This document shows positions 25,290-37,690 of a stretch of DNA of 64,000 nucleotides, piece by piece; positions within the stretch are counted from its first letter, which is position 1, and each line of letters starts with the position of its first letter. The notes beneath the pieces are model-generated. The model saw only the letters and a list, made by a program, of their open reading frames with translations, made no database searches and was not told where the DNA came from. The stretch lies in the NCBI RefSeq assembly GCF_006345805.1, contig NC_043005.1, positions 92,752,001 through 92,816,000 on the forward strand, given 5' to 3'. A program made the translations under genes and the position numbers. Origin of the DNA: Octopus sinensis. Taxonomy: Eukaryota.

Positions 25290-25490
25290 AATACCCCCAA
25301 TGTGATAACTGGAGGGAGAGGGAACTGCACCAGCTCTGTTTAATTGGTTGATTTAATTGGAGCAACATGAAATTAAGTGCCTTGCCCAAGGACACAGCAT
25401 GCTGCCCAGTTCAGGAATTGAACTTATATCCTTATATCCTTATGAACTTATATCCAAACACCCTAACCACTGAGCCACACACCTTCATTA
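25290..25490 (-). mobile_element. tRNA-headed SINE
   Basis: AAGTGCCTTGCCCAAGGACACA...CAGGAATTGAAC...CCCTAACCACTGAGCCACAC is the reverse complement of a SINE head. Confidence 0.8.
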
Positions 25491-26829
25491 CATATCTGGC
25501 AGGTAAATTAGCTGATGAATGATCAAAGAATGATAGCTTCCCTCCAGGACACATGGGTTTTGTGCAGCACAGCAAAATTTCTGTTTCTGTGCTTTTTCAT
25601 CTAATGTCTCTCATTTGCTTAAAGTTGGAATACTCAAGGATTTACAACTCTGATACACGATACATATAAGTTATTCACACTTCTAAAAATTAAACACACA
25701 TGCATGCATGCACACACACACATGCACACATGGACACACACACACACACACATAATGACTATGATATCAGTGATAAAAATGAGGTAACAATGCATTTGTG
25801 ATTGTAATTATGATGGAGGAAATGATCAATAAGAACCACATGATTTAATTAAAATAATTATTGTTGTGGTTTACATGGAAATTCAGCAGGAAGTTAGTAA
25901 AGATGTGACATATATAAGTGAAATAAACTTCCATTTGTTGGTTTATTTCAATGAATCTGATTCCCCTCTGTGGAATCTTTCAGGTACAAAAAAAAATTTG
26001 ATTCTTGTCAGTTAATGTTTCCCTATTAATGAGACAAGTAATTTATAGATGCATATATATATAAAATATATGTTAATATTCTAAACGATGAATGCAAGGT
26101 GAAAATGATTTATAATATATTACTGCTTCTTTTCACCCACACATCTTGGCTCTTTCTCTTTTATCACTCTGTCTCCTTGGTCATATTGCTCTGCTCCCTC
26201 ACTTACCTTGTTTCAGTACTGTATCATACTTTAGAACATAACTATAGATTTTTAGCCAACACTATATCATGACAAAAGTAAACATGTTTATATCTAAACA
26301 TTATAATAAATGTAAACATGTTTACACTTATCATACTAACAAATGTTTAGATATGTTCTACAGGACGTTATAGCAATGAAACAAACTGCTGTGAATACAC
26401 CAAGAATTTAATATTTCCATGTTTGTACATAGATGTCTCAGAATACTGAGTGCATCCCTCTTCACTCATCCCTCTTATGACTTACCACTATCATACATGC
26501 ATCAGTCTGTGTGTCTTTCATGCCCCACACTTTGTAAAGGGGTTAGTAAAAAGCAGACAAGGGGTTAAGGGATCCCTTTAATTGTGTCATGGATACAGCT
26601 ACCTCTAGTGCTGTGCCATGAGAAAATGTGTTCTGTACGCTCTGTAAAACATAAAATTGAGAAGACAATAAAATTGTTGAGGACATGCCATCTCTCTAGC
26701 GTTAATCTCTGAAAAAAGAAAAAAATAAGCACCTAATACATTCTGTAGGCAGGGTCAGCTATAGGAAAGACATTCACTCATATAAACCAAATCAAAAATA
26801 GAATTTATGGGGGAGATGCAATCTTTTGA

Positions 26830-27640
26830 CCCCATCTAGGAAAGCAGCACCTTTGAATATATGCTGACTTTGACTGCCTTGACCTATCCAAACTCTATTA
26901 GAATGCAAAATGGTTTTCAAACAAAGACAATTATGATGCCACTGCCACCAGTCTTTACGCTTGCTGCACAACTGAACTGTGGTTACAGTGTATTTCAGAA
27001 GATGATGGAAGGCTTTGGGTATTGGATAGTATGGGCAAAGGTAGAGTACCTCTGGAGTTAACATTTGATTTGAAGGAGAGAAAGGCGGGAATTTGCTCTG
27101 ATCTGCTGGAAGCATTTGAAGCCAGTAAAAACAAGTTTATTCCCAATCTGGAAGATGGACACATGTCTATGATTCAGAAACAAAGTTTCAGTCCATGGAA
27201 TGGTGTCATACCTCTTCTCCAAAGCCTGAGAATTTCAAGAGCAAGCAATTGCCATAAAAAGTCATGTTGACTGTTTTGCGGGATGACAGAGCATCGTTCT
27301 TCTTGGTTTTTCTGGAATGTGACAGAGCCATGAAGATACTCATTAAGATGCTCAAAAAATCTTAAAGAAGCCATGGGAAGGAAAAAACCAAACAATAATC
27401 TGAAAGCAACCCACATTCACCATGACAATGCTTGACCACATACACGTTTAATAACAGATCAGACAGCCAGCAAACTGGACTGGTCAGTGGTCCTCTATTC
27501 ATCATATGGCTTGGATAATGAATGGCAGTTTTCTAGAACAATGATTTAATTAAACAGATGAGTTGAAAGTGGCCATGAAGTGAATACAACAGTGCACACT
27601 GGATAGTTTTCAAAGAGGAGTTTTTTGCAGCAATTCTCCA
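26830..27640 (+). mobile_element. Degenerate mariner (DD34D-type) transposase fragment
   Basis: Frames give ERKAGICSDLLEAF, HVYDSETKFQSMEWCHTSSPKP, KKVMLTVL and IHHDNA*PH; TIRs not resolved. Confidence 0.8.
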
Positions 27641-28289
27641 ATTCTCCAAGACTGCTGCAAAAAAAGGAAGAAAGAAAGATCTTGGTATTCTTAGCCTGAA
27701 AGCTTGTTTCAGTTACAGAAGCTTTGTTTCAGAGTGGACTTTGCTAAAAGTGTTCCAAGTACCAAGTGATGGTGTTAAATGGATCAAATCTGTCCACTGA
27801 TAACAAGTGCAGTCTTCACTGTTTCACTCAGAAAACCAAGTTCTATATGGTGGAATCAAACTGGTGAAATTTGGTTGTGCAGCAAACATCCTAACCATGC
27901 ATCACAAACACAATCTATTCATATAAAACTAGTTTGTATAGTTCAACCATTTTATATATATTTGGATGGTCTTTAAGTTATTAACAATGGCAGTTTTTAA
28001 TTAAAAAAAAAGTATATAAGCTACTTAACAGCTCATTAATTTATAGACAGAAGCAACATTAATGACTGAACCATCTTTAAGCTAAGTGAACATCAGAGGA
28101 AACAGTTTATTTTTTTTGTGTTTTCATTAAGCGTTTGTGTTTATGTTGTCGTTGAATGATGGAAACTGTTTGAAAACATTAAATCATAATAATAAGAGTT
28201 TCAAATAGCTACATGTTCCAACTTTGATCGAGATGTTTGTAAATTAGTATTTCCTTTATATGTTTCACCGGCACCCCTTCCTCCTCCTC

Positions 28290-28568
28290 CTCCTAACCAT
28301 CACTTCAACGTCTGTTTTTCCATGCTTGCATGGGTCAGAGAAGATTTGTGGTGGTTGACTTGCTATGGCTGGATGCACTCCTTGTCTGCAATTTTCACTT
28401 GTTTCTAAGCAAGGTCATATTTTCCTCCGGTCCAGACATGTTTTCATAGAAGACTGCAGACAAACATTGCGTGTGTGACAGCAAAATCTGTTTACAATTA
28501 GCACATGATGTCATGACAAGGAACATACACATGCATGCATGCAAGCATACACACACACACACACACAT

Positions 28569-28631
<63 letters not shown>

Positions 28632-28740
28632 TGCACATACGCTTTTCAATTTCTGTCTTTGAAGACAATTACCAAAGGTGCTGCACGTCGGAACTGAACT
28701 CAGAACCACATGTTTGCTAAGCCAACTTCTTAACCACATT
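28290..28740 (-). mobile_element. Composite SINE (tRNA head, (CA)n, RTE-like tail)
   Basis: Reverse complement of the architecture at 29335-29790. Confidence 0.7.
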
Positions 28741-29334
28741 TTTATTATGAAACCACCTCTTTACAATCAAAATATACCCTACTGAATATTGTCTCTTTGG
28801 ATTTACTTGTGTCACATTCCTGGTAATGCTTATTAATTCCCCTTTATTTCATTTTGATCTCAGACTCATTAGCTTTTAGGAATTGTTTAGAATCTTGGGA
28901 AATGGAACAATGGTACATAATGACATGTTTCATTGAGGATGATGATGATGAATCGGTGTAGATCTTCCTGTAATTGCAGTTAGGCCCCTGAGGATAAAAA
29001 CAGTTGTTGTTCTTCCACAATAAGTATCGTCTAACTCAACCAAATGATTCTTTTTTTTTCTTACACTAAACCCAACAACAGTAGCAGCAGCAGAGAACTT
29101 ATGGATTTCATTCCATTTTTCAAAGCAAGGTTTTATTCGCTAGAAACAGCAAAGATGGATTTTCAGCACTTTGTATAATTTATGCAGTTGATTTACTTCT
29201 TTGCAGAGATGGTCTCAGTGAATCTCTGCAGCAATATTGAAAAACTGGCATCTCTTTCTCCCTCTCTTGCTACATATTCTTGATATTAGAAAGGAAAAGT
29301 ATATCAAGTCATAAAACTTTTACTTTGAATTTAG

Positions 29335-29790
29335 GTGCAACACAGCTGTGTGGTTAAGAAGTTTGCTTCTCAACCGTGTGGTTTTAGGTTCAGTCCCATA
29401 GTACGGCACTTTGGTCAAGTGTCTTCTACCCAAGTTCCAGGCGAATCAAAGCTTTGTGAGTAGATTTGGCAGGTGGAAACTGAAAGAAGCTTGTTGTGTG
29501 TGTGTGTGTGTGTGTGCACATGTGCACACGTGTGTGTGTGTGTGTGTTTGTGCCTCCTTCTCTTGACATTGTGTGACAGTCGTAAGTGAGAGTTCCTGTC
29601 ATACAAGCAGAGTCACTTGTTTCCAATAGAATCTTGCATAAAAACATGTCCATTCACAGAGAAATATTACCTGGTTTGAAACCAGTGGATGTTGGTGACC
29701 ATGTGGGACATCTGGACATAGGAAAGAGGCCTTAATAAATTCTATCTGAGCCATGCATGGAAATGAGAACATTAAAATGATGTTGATGAT
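29335..29790 (+). mobile_element. Composite SINE (tRNA head, (TG)n, RTE-like (GAT)n tail)
   Basis: GCTGTGTGGTTAAGAAGTTTGCTTCTCAACC..GGTTCAGTCCC head; ends GAGCCATGCATGGAAA..GATGATGAC. Confidence 0.8.
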
Positions 29791-30432
29791 GATGACAACC
29801 AATGATACAGGCTTAAGTGGTTAAAGCATCCATTTCTTACATTGATGCAATGCACTCAGGCATGACCAAATGTAAAAGAAAATAAGGTTTCAGGTTCCGT
29901 CCCACCACATTGTATTTTGGCCAAGAGTCTTTTAGCAGAGCTTCAGGTTGAGTCAAGCCTTGTCAGTGGAATTGAATGGATTGAGTCTTTTGGAGAGTTC
30001 TGCTCCTTGATTAGAACCGTTGCCTCTGTCATTGAGAGAGCCACATCACACAGTGTTTCGTTCTGTTTCTTCCTGAGAATTATATTAGGAGTACACATAT
30101 TTCTGGTATACTCAGTGATTTATACACTCATTAAATGCTTTTCCTATTGATTGGTCAGCTGGGAACACTTGTTGAAACCATGGCAAAACGTCATTTATTC
30201 CATTTTATATTGGATATCGATGACTTTTTGTTTTTTTGTTAGTTATACCATTGTAACTGTTTTTGTTGTCCTTTCCTTCGGTGAATTCAAAATGTAAAGA
30301 TCACATAAATATCTCATAAGACCACATGGTCCCATGTTCATTACCACCATGTTGTTCTGTGGGTAAGTGTTTTCATCTATGCCCTTGGGATAACCGAAGC
30401 CTTGTGACTAGATATGGTAGACAGAAACTGAA

Positions 30433-30519
<87 letters not shown>

Positions 30520-30651
30520 TATAATTAGGGTTCAGCTAATTGCTTCACCACATACTGAATTTAGAAATAGGAGTTAAAATTCCTTTTATTATTGATTAGT
30601 TGATTAATTAATTAATTAATTTAGTTAATAAATTTTACCCTTCTATTATTA

Positions 30652-30741
<90 letters not shown>

Positions 30742-30795
30742 AACAAATTAAAAATAATGGTTGTTATATATAATTTCTTTATTGCAACAAATCCA

Positions 30796-30963
30796 GCTTA
30801 CAGCTGTTTCCTGTAGTCATTATAGGTACATTATTGATAGGTTTACTATTGATTGATTGATACTATTGATTGATTGATTCAACTTACCTCAATTGATCAA
30901 TAGACCAATTGAGTAAACCTATCAGTAATGTCCCTATAACGACAACTGGAAACAGGTGTAAGC
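30796..30963. repeat. Inverted repeat, 52-bp arms (46/52 identical), probable MITE
   Basis: 30796-30847 versus the reverse complement of 30912-30963; ATTG-rich spacer. Confidence 0.85.
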
Positions 30964-31221
30964 CAAATTTGCTTCAATAAAGGAATTATATGTAAGGACC
31001 CTAATTTTTAACTTGTTTCTTATATATCACTCTGAGTAAAAGCCAGTTTATCTGGAGCCCATCCACGGATTTACAATACAGAATGGTGATGAACCATAAC
31101 TTGGAACCTTACCAAAAGATTACTTGGAGTTCTTCACTAATCAAAACAATATTGTTAGCCTGGTGTGCCAACAGAGAGCTTATGAAGTATTTTGCCCGGA
31201 TTGATAATCCCTCACTATTTG

Positions 31222-31257
<36 letters not shown>

Positions 31258-31259
31258 GT

Positions 31260-31668
31260 AGCCAGTACCGCATCGACTGGCCTCCGTGCTGTGGGCACAT
31301 AACAAACACTATCCGATCGTGGCCGTTCGCCAGCCTCGTCTGGCACCTGTGTCGGTGGCACATAAGAAAACACCATCCGAGTGTGGCCGTCTGCCAGCCT
31401 CGTCTGGCACCTGTGTCGGTGGCACATAAAAAACACCATCCGAGCGTGGCCGTCTGCCAGCCTCGTCTGGCACCTGTGTCGATGGCACATAAAATCACCC
31501 ACTACACTCTCTGAGTGGTTGGCGTTAGGAAGGGCATCCAGCTGTAGAAACACTGCCAGATCTGACTGGCCTGGTGCAGCCTTCGGGCTTGCCAGACCCC
31601 AGTTGAACCGTCCAACCCATGCTAGCATGGAAAGCGGACGTTAAACGGTGATGATGATGATGATGATG
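31260..31668 (+). mobile_element. Young RTE-tail repeat with 63-bp minisatellite
   Basis: Units at 31319, 31383 and 31446 plus a partial unit at 31291; CpGs intact; (GAT)n tail. Confidence 0.9.
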
Positions 31669-31716
31669 TATGTATTCAAATACGAATTAGAAGTAATGTT
31701 GTAAACGTTATTGGGG

Positions 31717-32030
31717 ACACACACATGCACAACTTTGCTTGTTTGCTGGTCAGCTGCAATTTGATGCAGAGGAGATGATTGTCTCAAAGAGCTAGGTGTT
31801 AAAACACCTGAAAGTCAGAGTCATAGGTGAGACAACTCAGCCTCAAGTCCCAATCAAGAGCGATTGACATTGATGCTTCACCATTTTTGTGGCTTATCAA
31901 TGTCACATTGTCTCACCTGTCTAAGATTATGACTTTCGGGTATTTTAACACCTGGCACTTTGAAACAATCATCCCCTTCTTGTCAAATTGATGCCAACTG
32001 GAGAATAAGCAAAGCACATGTGTATGTGTG
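31717..32030. mobile_element. Fold-back MITE-like element, ~120-bp imperfect arms
   Basis: 31717-31835 pairs with 31908-32030; inner hairpin TGACATTGAT...ATCAATGTCA. Confidence 0.75.
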
Positions 32031-33998
32031 TTTGATAATATCTGTGTATGTGTATGTGTGTATGTGTATATGTGTGTGTGTATATGTTTGTGTGTGTATA
32101 TGTGTGTGTGTGTTTATGTTTGTGTTTATGTCTCCATAACTTAGTGGTTCAACAAAAGAGACTGGTAGAATGAGGACCAGGTTTAAAAAAAGGAAATAAG
32201 TACTGGGGTCACTTCCTTTGAGTATACTCTTTTGAGGCAGTGCTGCCCCAGCATGGCCACAGCCTAATGATTGAAAAGAAGTAAAACATAGAAGATAAAA
32301 GATAAGGCATTTAGTCTGGCACCTTACCGTTTCTGCTCTTCACTTCTGTTATTTAAAATATCCGATGGACCAAAAAATATCCATGTCAAGTGATTTATAC
32401 AAGCATGGAAGGGGGATGTTAAAAAAAACACCGAGAAATCAATCAATATTAACATTAATTAAGATATATCATTTGTGCAAAGAAGTAGTGATTTGGGTCT
32501 GGAATCCAGTAAATTTCTTCTTTGCATGCTCTGGAGAATAATTCTTGTTGTTCATTGTCTTGTTTATTGTACAGTACACTTGGTAATTGTCTTTTAATTT
32601 TTTTAATTTTTTACTAATTAAGAAAATGGGGGAAAATCAAGTGATGAATGGTATTTTTCTATTTTGATGGAAATTTATTTAAAAGTAGAATGTAAAATAT
32701 AAAATGATTTTTTTTCCCTCCAAAATGGATCATTTTTATTCCCAATTTTGGGAACAAAATAAACTTACCATAAGTTTTAAGGTAGTTTTTGGCAAAAGAA
32801 ATTCTTGAAAGGTGGGTAAATGTGACCAAATTATCATTGATAAACGGTCCTAAATTGAATATATGACTGTGAGTGATAGTCAAGAACTGCTGTTGATCTG
32901 ATTGCCAGCAACTTTTTCTTTTACCAAAAGTCATGATTTTGTGTCCATGTTAGAAATAATTATGATTATTTTCAATGCTTGAAAGAGAATTTTATTTTAC
33001 TTTATGAAAAATATACCAACTGTACTTGATTCTTTTTTTACAAATGAATAATTTTGATGGATATTGTTATATATTATGTAAGTATGAAATCTTGTAAGCA
33101 TGATGTGGCCAAATGATTCAGAAGTTCACTTCACAGCCATAAAGTCTCAGCTTTGATCCCACTGTGTTCCATCTTGGGCCATCTTGGATCATCTTAGGCA
33201 TTTTGTAATTTTTTTATAGCCTTAGGTCGTTCCATACCTTGGAAAGGGAAACTGCATTGGTAGATATTGCATAGAAGCCCATTAGATGGACATTAAATGA
33301 ACCTGTAATTTTAAAGGATGGCCTTATCCCTATCTCTCTTGTATACTGATTGTACTTGGGAATTACATTAAGGATACATGTCTTCTGTGGAATACTCAGT
33401 AATCCACATATTTATTCAAGAGCAAGTTAATTGGATGATCAAACAACAGAATCTTCATTGTTGAATGAAGGAGAACCCTCCATCCTGGTATGAACCCTTA
33501 CCTATATTGAATTAGATGGAATGTTTACATCTTTACCAAGTAACTCATAAAATATAGATGAGGTGTACATGAAATGTTGGTGCAGGTGTCGTTTGTAATG
33601 GTACCTGTAATTAGAACTGCTCAATTTTCTGCATGTTTGAAAGAGGCCAACCTAATAATGTCTTTCTAAGAAACTGAATCTAATCATCAAGTTGTTTTGA
33701 ATTTAGTATTCAATCAGTTAACTGGTACCCCAAATTCCCCTCAGGTGTGATAATCAGATTGGTGTAGGGTTAGGGTTAAGGGTCTGTTTAATTAGTTAAT
33801 ATGAAAAGATGAGTTGGCAGTAGTAAGTGCTTTTAGACTGGAGTTTGTGTTGCTTCATTTGAATTGTAGTAGAAAAAACAAGAGTGGGGAGTTTGGGAAA
33901 ACACTTGCTGTAATGGCTTGGGATGACAGCAACTGCATAAGTGATTGGCAAAGGAGAGAAGTATTGACAGAGGGAAGATTCAATCAACAATTTTATAA

Positions 33999-35306
33999 TA
34001 TCAAGAGGATTGGCTGAAAAGTTCATAGGCTGACCAAGACACTCTCATGGAATATGACTAAACGAGGTTTATTTTTCAACATAGTCCCCTTTGCAGTCCA
34101 CACACTTCTTCATTGGTCTTGAAGCGCTTGGATTCCATTGGTGAAGAAGCTGCTTTCATCCTGTTCATCAAAAAAGTCATCAACATCAGATGTGACATCG
34201 TCATCACTGTGATTTTGGTTCCCAACCAAGTGTTTTTCATGTTGAGGAACAGATGATAGTCAGATGGAACCTAATCAGGAGAATAGAGAGGCTGATCAAC
34301 CAGTTCGAAGCCACAGTCATGCACAGCAGCCATTGAAACCAAGGGCTTGCATACTGGAATGTTGTTCTAAGGAATCAAGACCCCTTTTGTCAGTTTCCCT
34401 GGGCTTTTGGTTTTGATAGTTTTTCATAACTGCTTCAGCAAGTTGGTTTAGTACTCTCCATTGATGGTGTGGCCCTTTTGAAGAGAGTCAATGAACACAA
34501 TGCTTTTTGCATCCCAAAAACTGAGGCCATCGCCTTCCCTGCAGATGAAACTACCTTGGCCTTCTTTAGAGCAGGTGAAGAGGGTTATTTCCATTGCATA
34601 CATTATCCTTTTGTCTCTGGCTCAAAGTAATAAACCCAACACTCATCCTGGCTTAGGAAATGTTCAAGGATCCCAGCTGGATCTGCCAGAAACAATGTTA
34701 GATTTTCCCATGATGTTATCAGCCTAGGACACTTTTGATTAGGTGTCAAAGATGTGGCATCTACCAAGCAGAAACCTTCGTCATGCCAAATTCCTTGTGC
34801 AGAATATTCTCAACTTTCTCTTGGGACATGCTAATAACATTGATTATTTGATTTATAGCCAATCGCCTGTTATCCATCACCACGTTGTGAACACAATCAA
34901 CGTTTTCCTCAGGAGTAGCAATTACAGGACGTCCAGACCCTGGGTCATCTTCAAGACTCTCCCTTCCCCTCCAACATTCAGGTACCCACTTTTGCATTGT
35001 TGATAAACCTGGAGCATCATTCCCTAATGTAGCAACCATGTCAGAATGAATGTCCTTGGGGGCTAAACCCCTTTTTCTGTAGGTACTTGATAGCACCATG
35101 ATGCCAGATTTTGTCCATTTTCAAGAGAAGTCGGTACTTGTTACTTTTGAAGTGTTCTTGAAAGAACAGTCAGGTGTCAGTTTACCTGGAAAGAAGCAAT
35201 GCAGTTATTAATAAGAAGAGTTGAAGTCAATGCCTGCAGGATTTCCCAACTCTGGCCTCCACTCCTGCATAGAGTTATCCTATGAACTTTTCAGCCCAAC
35301 TCCGTA
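33999..35306 (-). mobile_element. Full-length degenerate mariner (irritans/Hsmar2-like)
   Basis: TIR cores GGCTGAAAAGTTCATAGG / CCTATGAACTTTTCAGCC with TA ends; ORF 34761-35099 KRGLAPKDIHSDMVATLG...GRESLEDDPGSGRP...GMTKVSAW. Confidence 0.92.
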
Positions 35307-37337
35307 GAAGGGACCAGGCCGACTGAGGTCAGTTGGGTGCATTAAAAGCTTTATTTATTTATTAGTCATATAATTATTGTTTTTTCTTATCAGGCAAACA
35401 ATTTCAGTTGAATGAAGTCTGCTATATGAATCTGGTGTATTTTCTGTTTGATAAATGTGAGCAATGTTTTAGTAAATTTGGGGAAAAGATAATTATCTAA
35501 GTTTGAAGAATACAAGTTTAAAAGAGAATTGATTAGTTAAGCTATCGTTCTGCTTATTTTGGTTAATGTTATCAAGAAATAGTTCTTAGCAATTTTACTT
35601 TACGTGATTTTGTGCTCTAGGGCAAGGCATTCTACCATAAAAGTTTTGCTTTACTGGTTCATGCAGGATATCAAAATTTGTTAAATTATCAAACCTTATT
35701 GTAATGCTAAACATTTGCAAAAGCAACTGAAATCCTAATATTCAGGAATCTGTCTGTCTGTCTTTTTCTCTCATTTGGAGTAAATTTAAATATATTCAGC
35801 AATGCATTCCAGATTATGTTTTCAAAGACACACCTCAGGTTGTCTATATAGAATTTTTAGTTAAATTCTTTGTGTTTTTAAGTTGGGTGTATAATTTAGC
35901 TTTTAAAATATTTATTACCAAAATGTTAGATGCTTTTTTTTTCTTTTAAACAACTATTATACTTTAAAAGAGACAAGGATATATTTCATCTGAAATTCTA
36001 ATTGAATTCTTTTATTAAAAAACATACATCATCGAATATTTAAAGGGCTTTAGGGAACAGATAAGACTATTTCCATAGTCTTCTATAGTGTGTGTGTGTG
36101 TGCACGTGTGTGTATGCTTACATTTAGATTTAAAATGTTTGTCTTTGTATTTTTCTGAGTTTATGATGGTTTATTTATGTTGAAGGCGAGACAACTCAAC
36201 TAGGGAAATAAACTTGTAACTGTACACTTCCATATTTTTTTTGTTGTTACTCTTTTTCATGTTCTTGTTGATTGTTTTCCATTGAAAGTAACAAAAAAGA
36301 AAGAAAAGAAAGCTTTCTGAAATGATCTTATTCTATTCTGGTGTCAGAATTAGTAAAGGTTTGTTTGTTTTTTGTTTTTTTTTTATATTTTCTTTTCCAT
36401 CTTTATTAAAATCATCCAACTATTTTTTCTGGTGACGCCTCAACTACAGCTTCTCCAATTTCAAGAAAACATTCTTTGAACGATGTCATGCTTTTTTTTT
36501 TCTGTAGAAATTTGTCAAATAAGCTAATCTTTGATAAGTAACTTACACCCATTTGCACTTCCTGGCAATGAAGAAAATTTTTTCTGAAAGACTACAAATA
36601 AATAACCTTCCTTTGTTTCAATACTTTTTGTGCTTATGAAGTTGTCACAAAAGTTCAAACTCCTGCAATCTACATTTGTTTTTTTTTTGTTTTTTTTAAT
36701 AATTGTTCTTTGATTTCTCATATATTATTATTAAAACACATTTACATTTTTTCCCCTAATTTAAAAAAAAATCTCGTGTCCATGAAGTCAATTCAGTTAC
36801 AGTACAATGGTACCAACCAACAAGCCATTAGCACCAACTGTAACAATAAAAACAATACAGTGTAAGACCGTACTGTCTGTATCAATCATAAATTCAAACT
36901 ATAATAAAATAAGGATTGTTTTTCATTTCCCTTAACAATGACTTGCCGTATCATTTCCAAAGGACTGAAAACAACTTGACTGATAACATTCAGACCTGAG
37001 CTGTTTGTTTCAGTTTGATTCTTTGAACTGTTGAACTTACAACCAGAAGAAAACAGTAAGGATTTCACAACATGAATGATGATTTTTCAATTTAATCAAA
37101 TAGAATTAAAATTCAAAGTGTAGGATGGGAGTGGACTGAATACCCATTGGAGAACAGAAAAGAAAAGAAAAATACTTACTAAACTCTAGTTATCTCTTAA
37201 AAACAAGTATGGCATGGTTGCATGAACTATGCTTTCACTAATTGTTTAAGGTGGTGCCTACGTCATTGAGAACAGACATGGACGTCATTGTGGCCTTTCT
37301 CACTCAGAAGCCAGTAGAACACTGAGTATGTGACAGC

Positions 37338-37426
37338 TAGAGATAGATAGAAATAGATAGATAGATAGATGTGGAGAGAGAGATAGATAGATAGATTGAT
37401 AGATAGATAGATAGATAGATAGAGAA

Positions 37427-37512
<86 letters not shown>

Positions 37513-37530
37513 TGAGAGAGAGAGAGATGC
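37338..37530. repeat. Compound (GATA)n(TA)n(GA)n microsatellite
   Basis: Direct reading. Confidence 0.95.
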
Positions 37531-37690
37531 ACCAGCACCCAGCTGGTATTCATTTTCAACTGAGTTACTTGGAACAATGCAAAATAAAGTGCCTTGCTTA
37601 AGAACAGAACATACTGTCTCATCCAGGAATTGAACCCATAATCTTATGATTGTGAGCCAAACACCTTAACCACTACACTGTGCATTTTCA
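37530..37690 (-). mobile_element. tRNA-headed SINE
   Basis: AAGTGCCTTGCTTAAGAACA...GGAATTGAACCC...CCAAACACCTTAACCAC. Confidence 0.75.

Noticed and set aside
30000-30070. QNETLCDVAL resembling a BTB domain start
   Set aside because: The similarity is a few residues only; the frame runs into a SINE and the HK-VLAA motif is absent.
31291-31500. 63-bp repeats as a CRISPR array
   Set aside because: Head-to-tail units with no unique spacers, inside a retro-repeat, no cas genes, and a eukaryotic context.
33765-33782. Interstitial telomere TAGGGTTAGGGTTAAGGG
   Set aside because: Only about 3 degenerate units; more likely part of a dispersed repeat.
36990-37056. Strong acceptor and GTAAGG donor pair on +
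   Set aside because: All three frames contain stops; at most a non-coding exon, unsupported.
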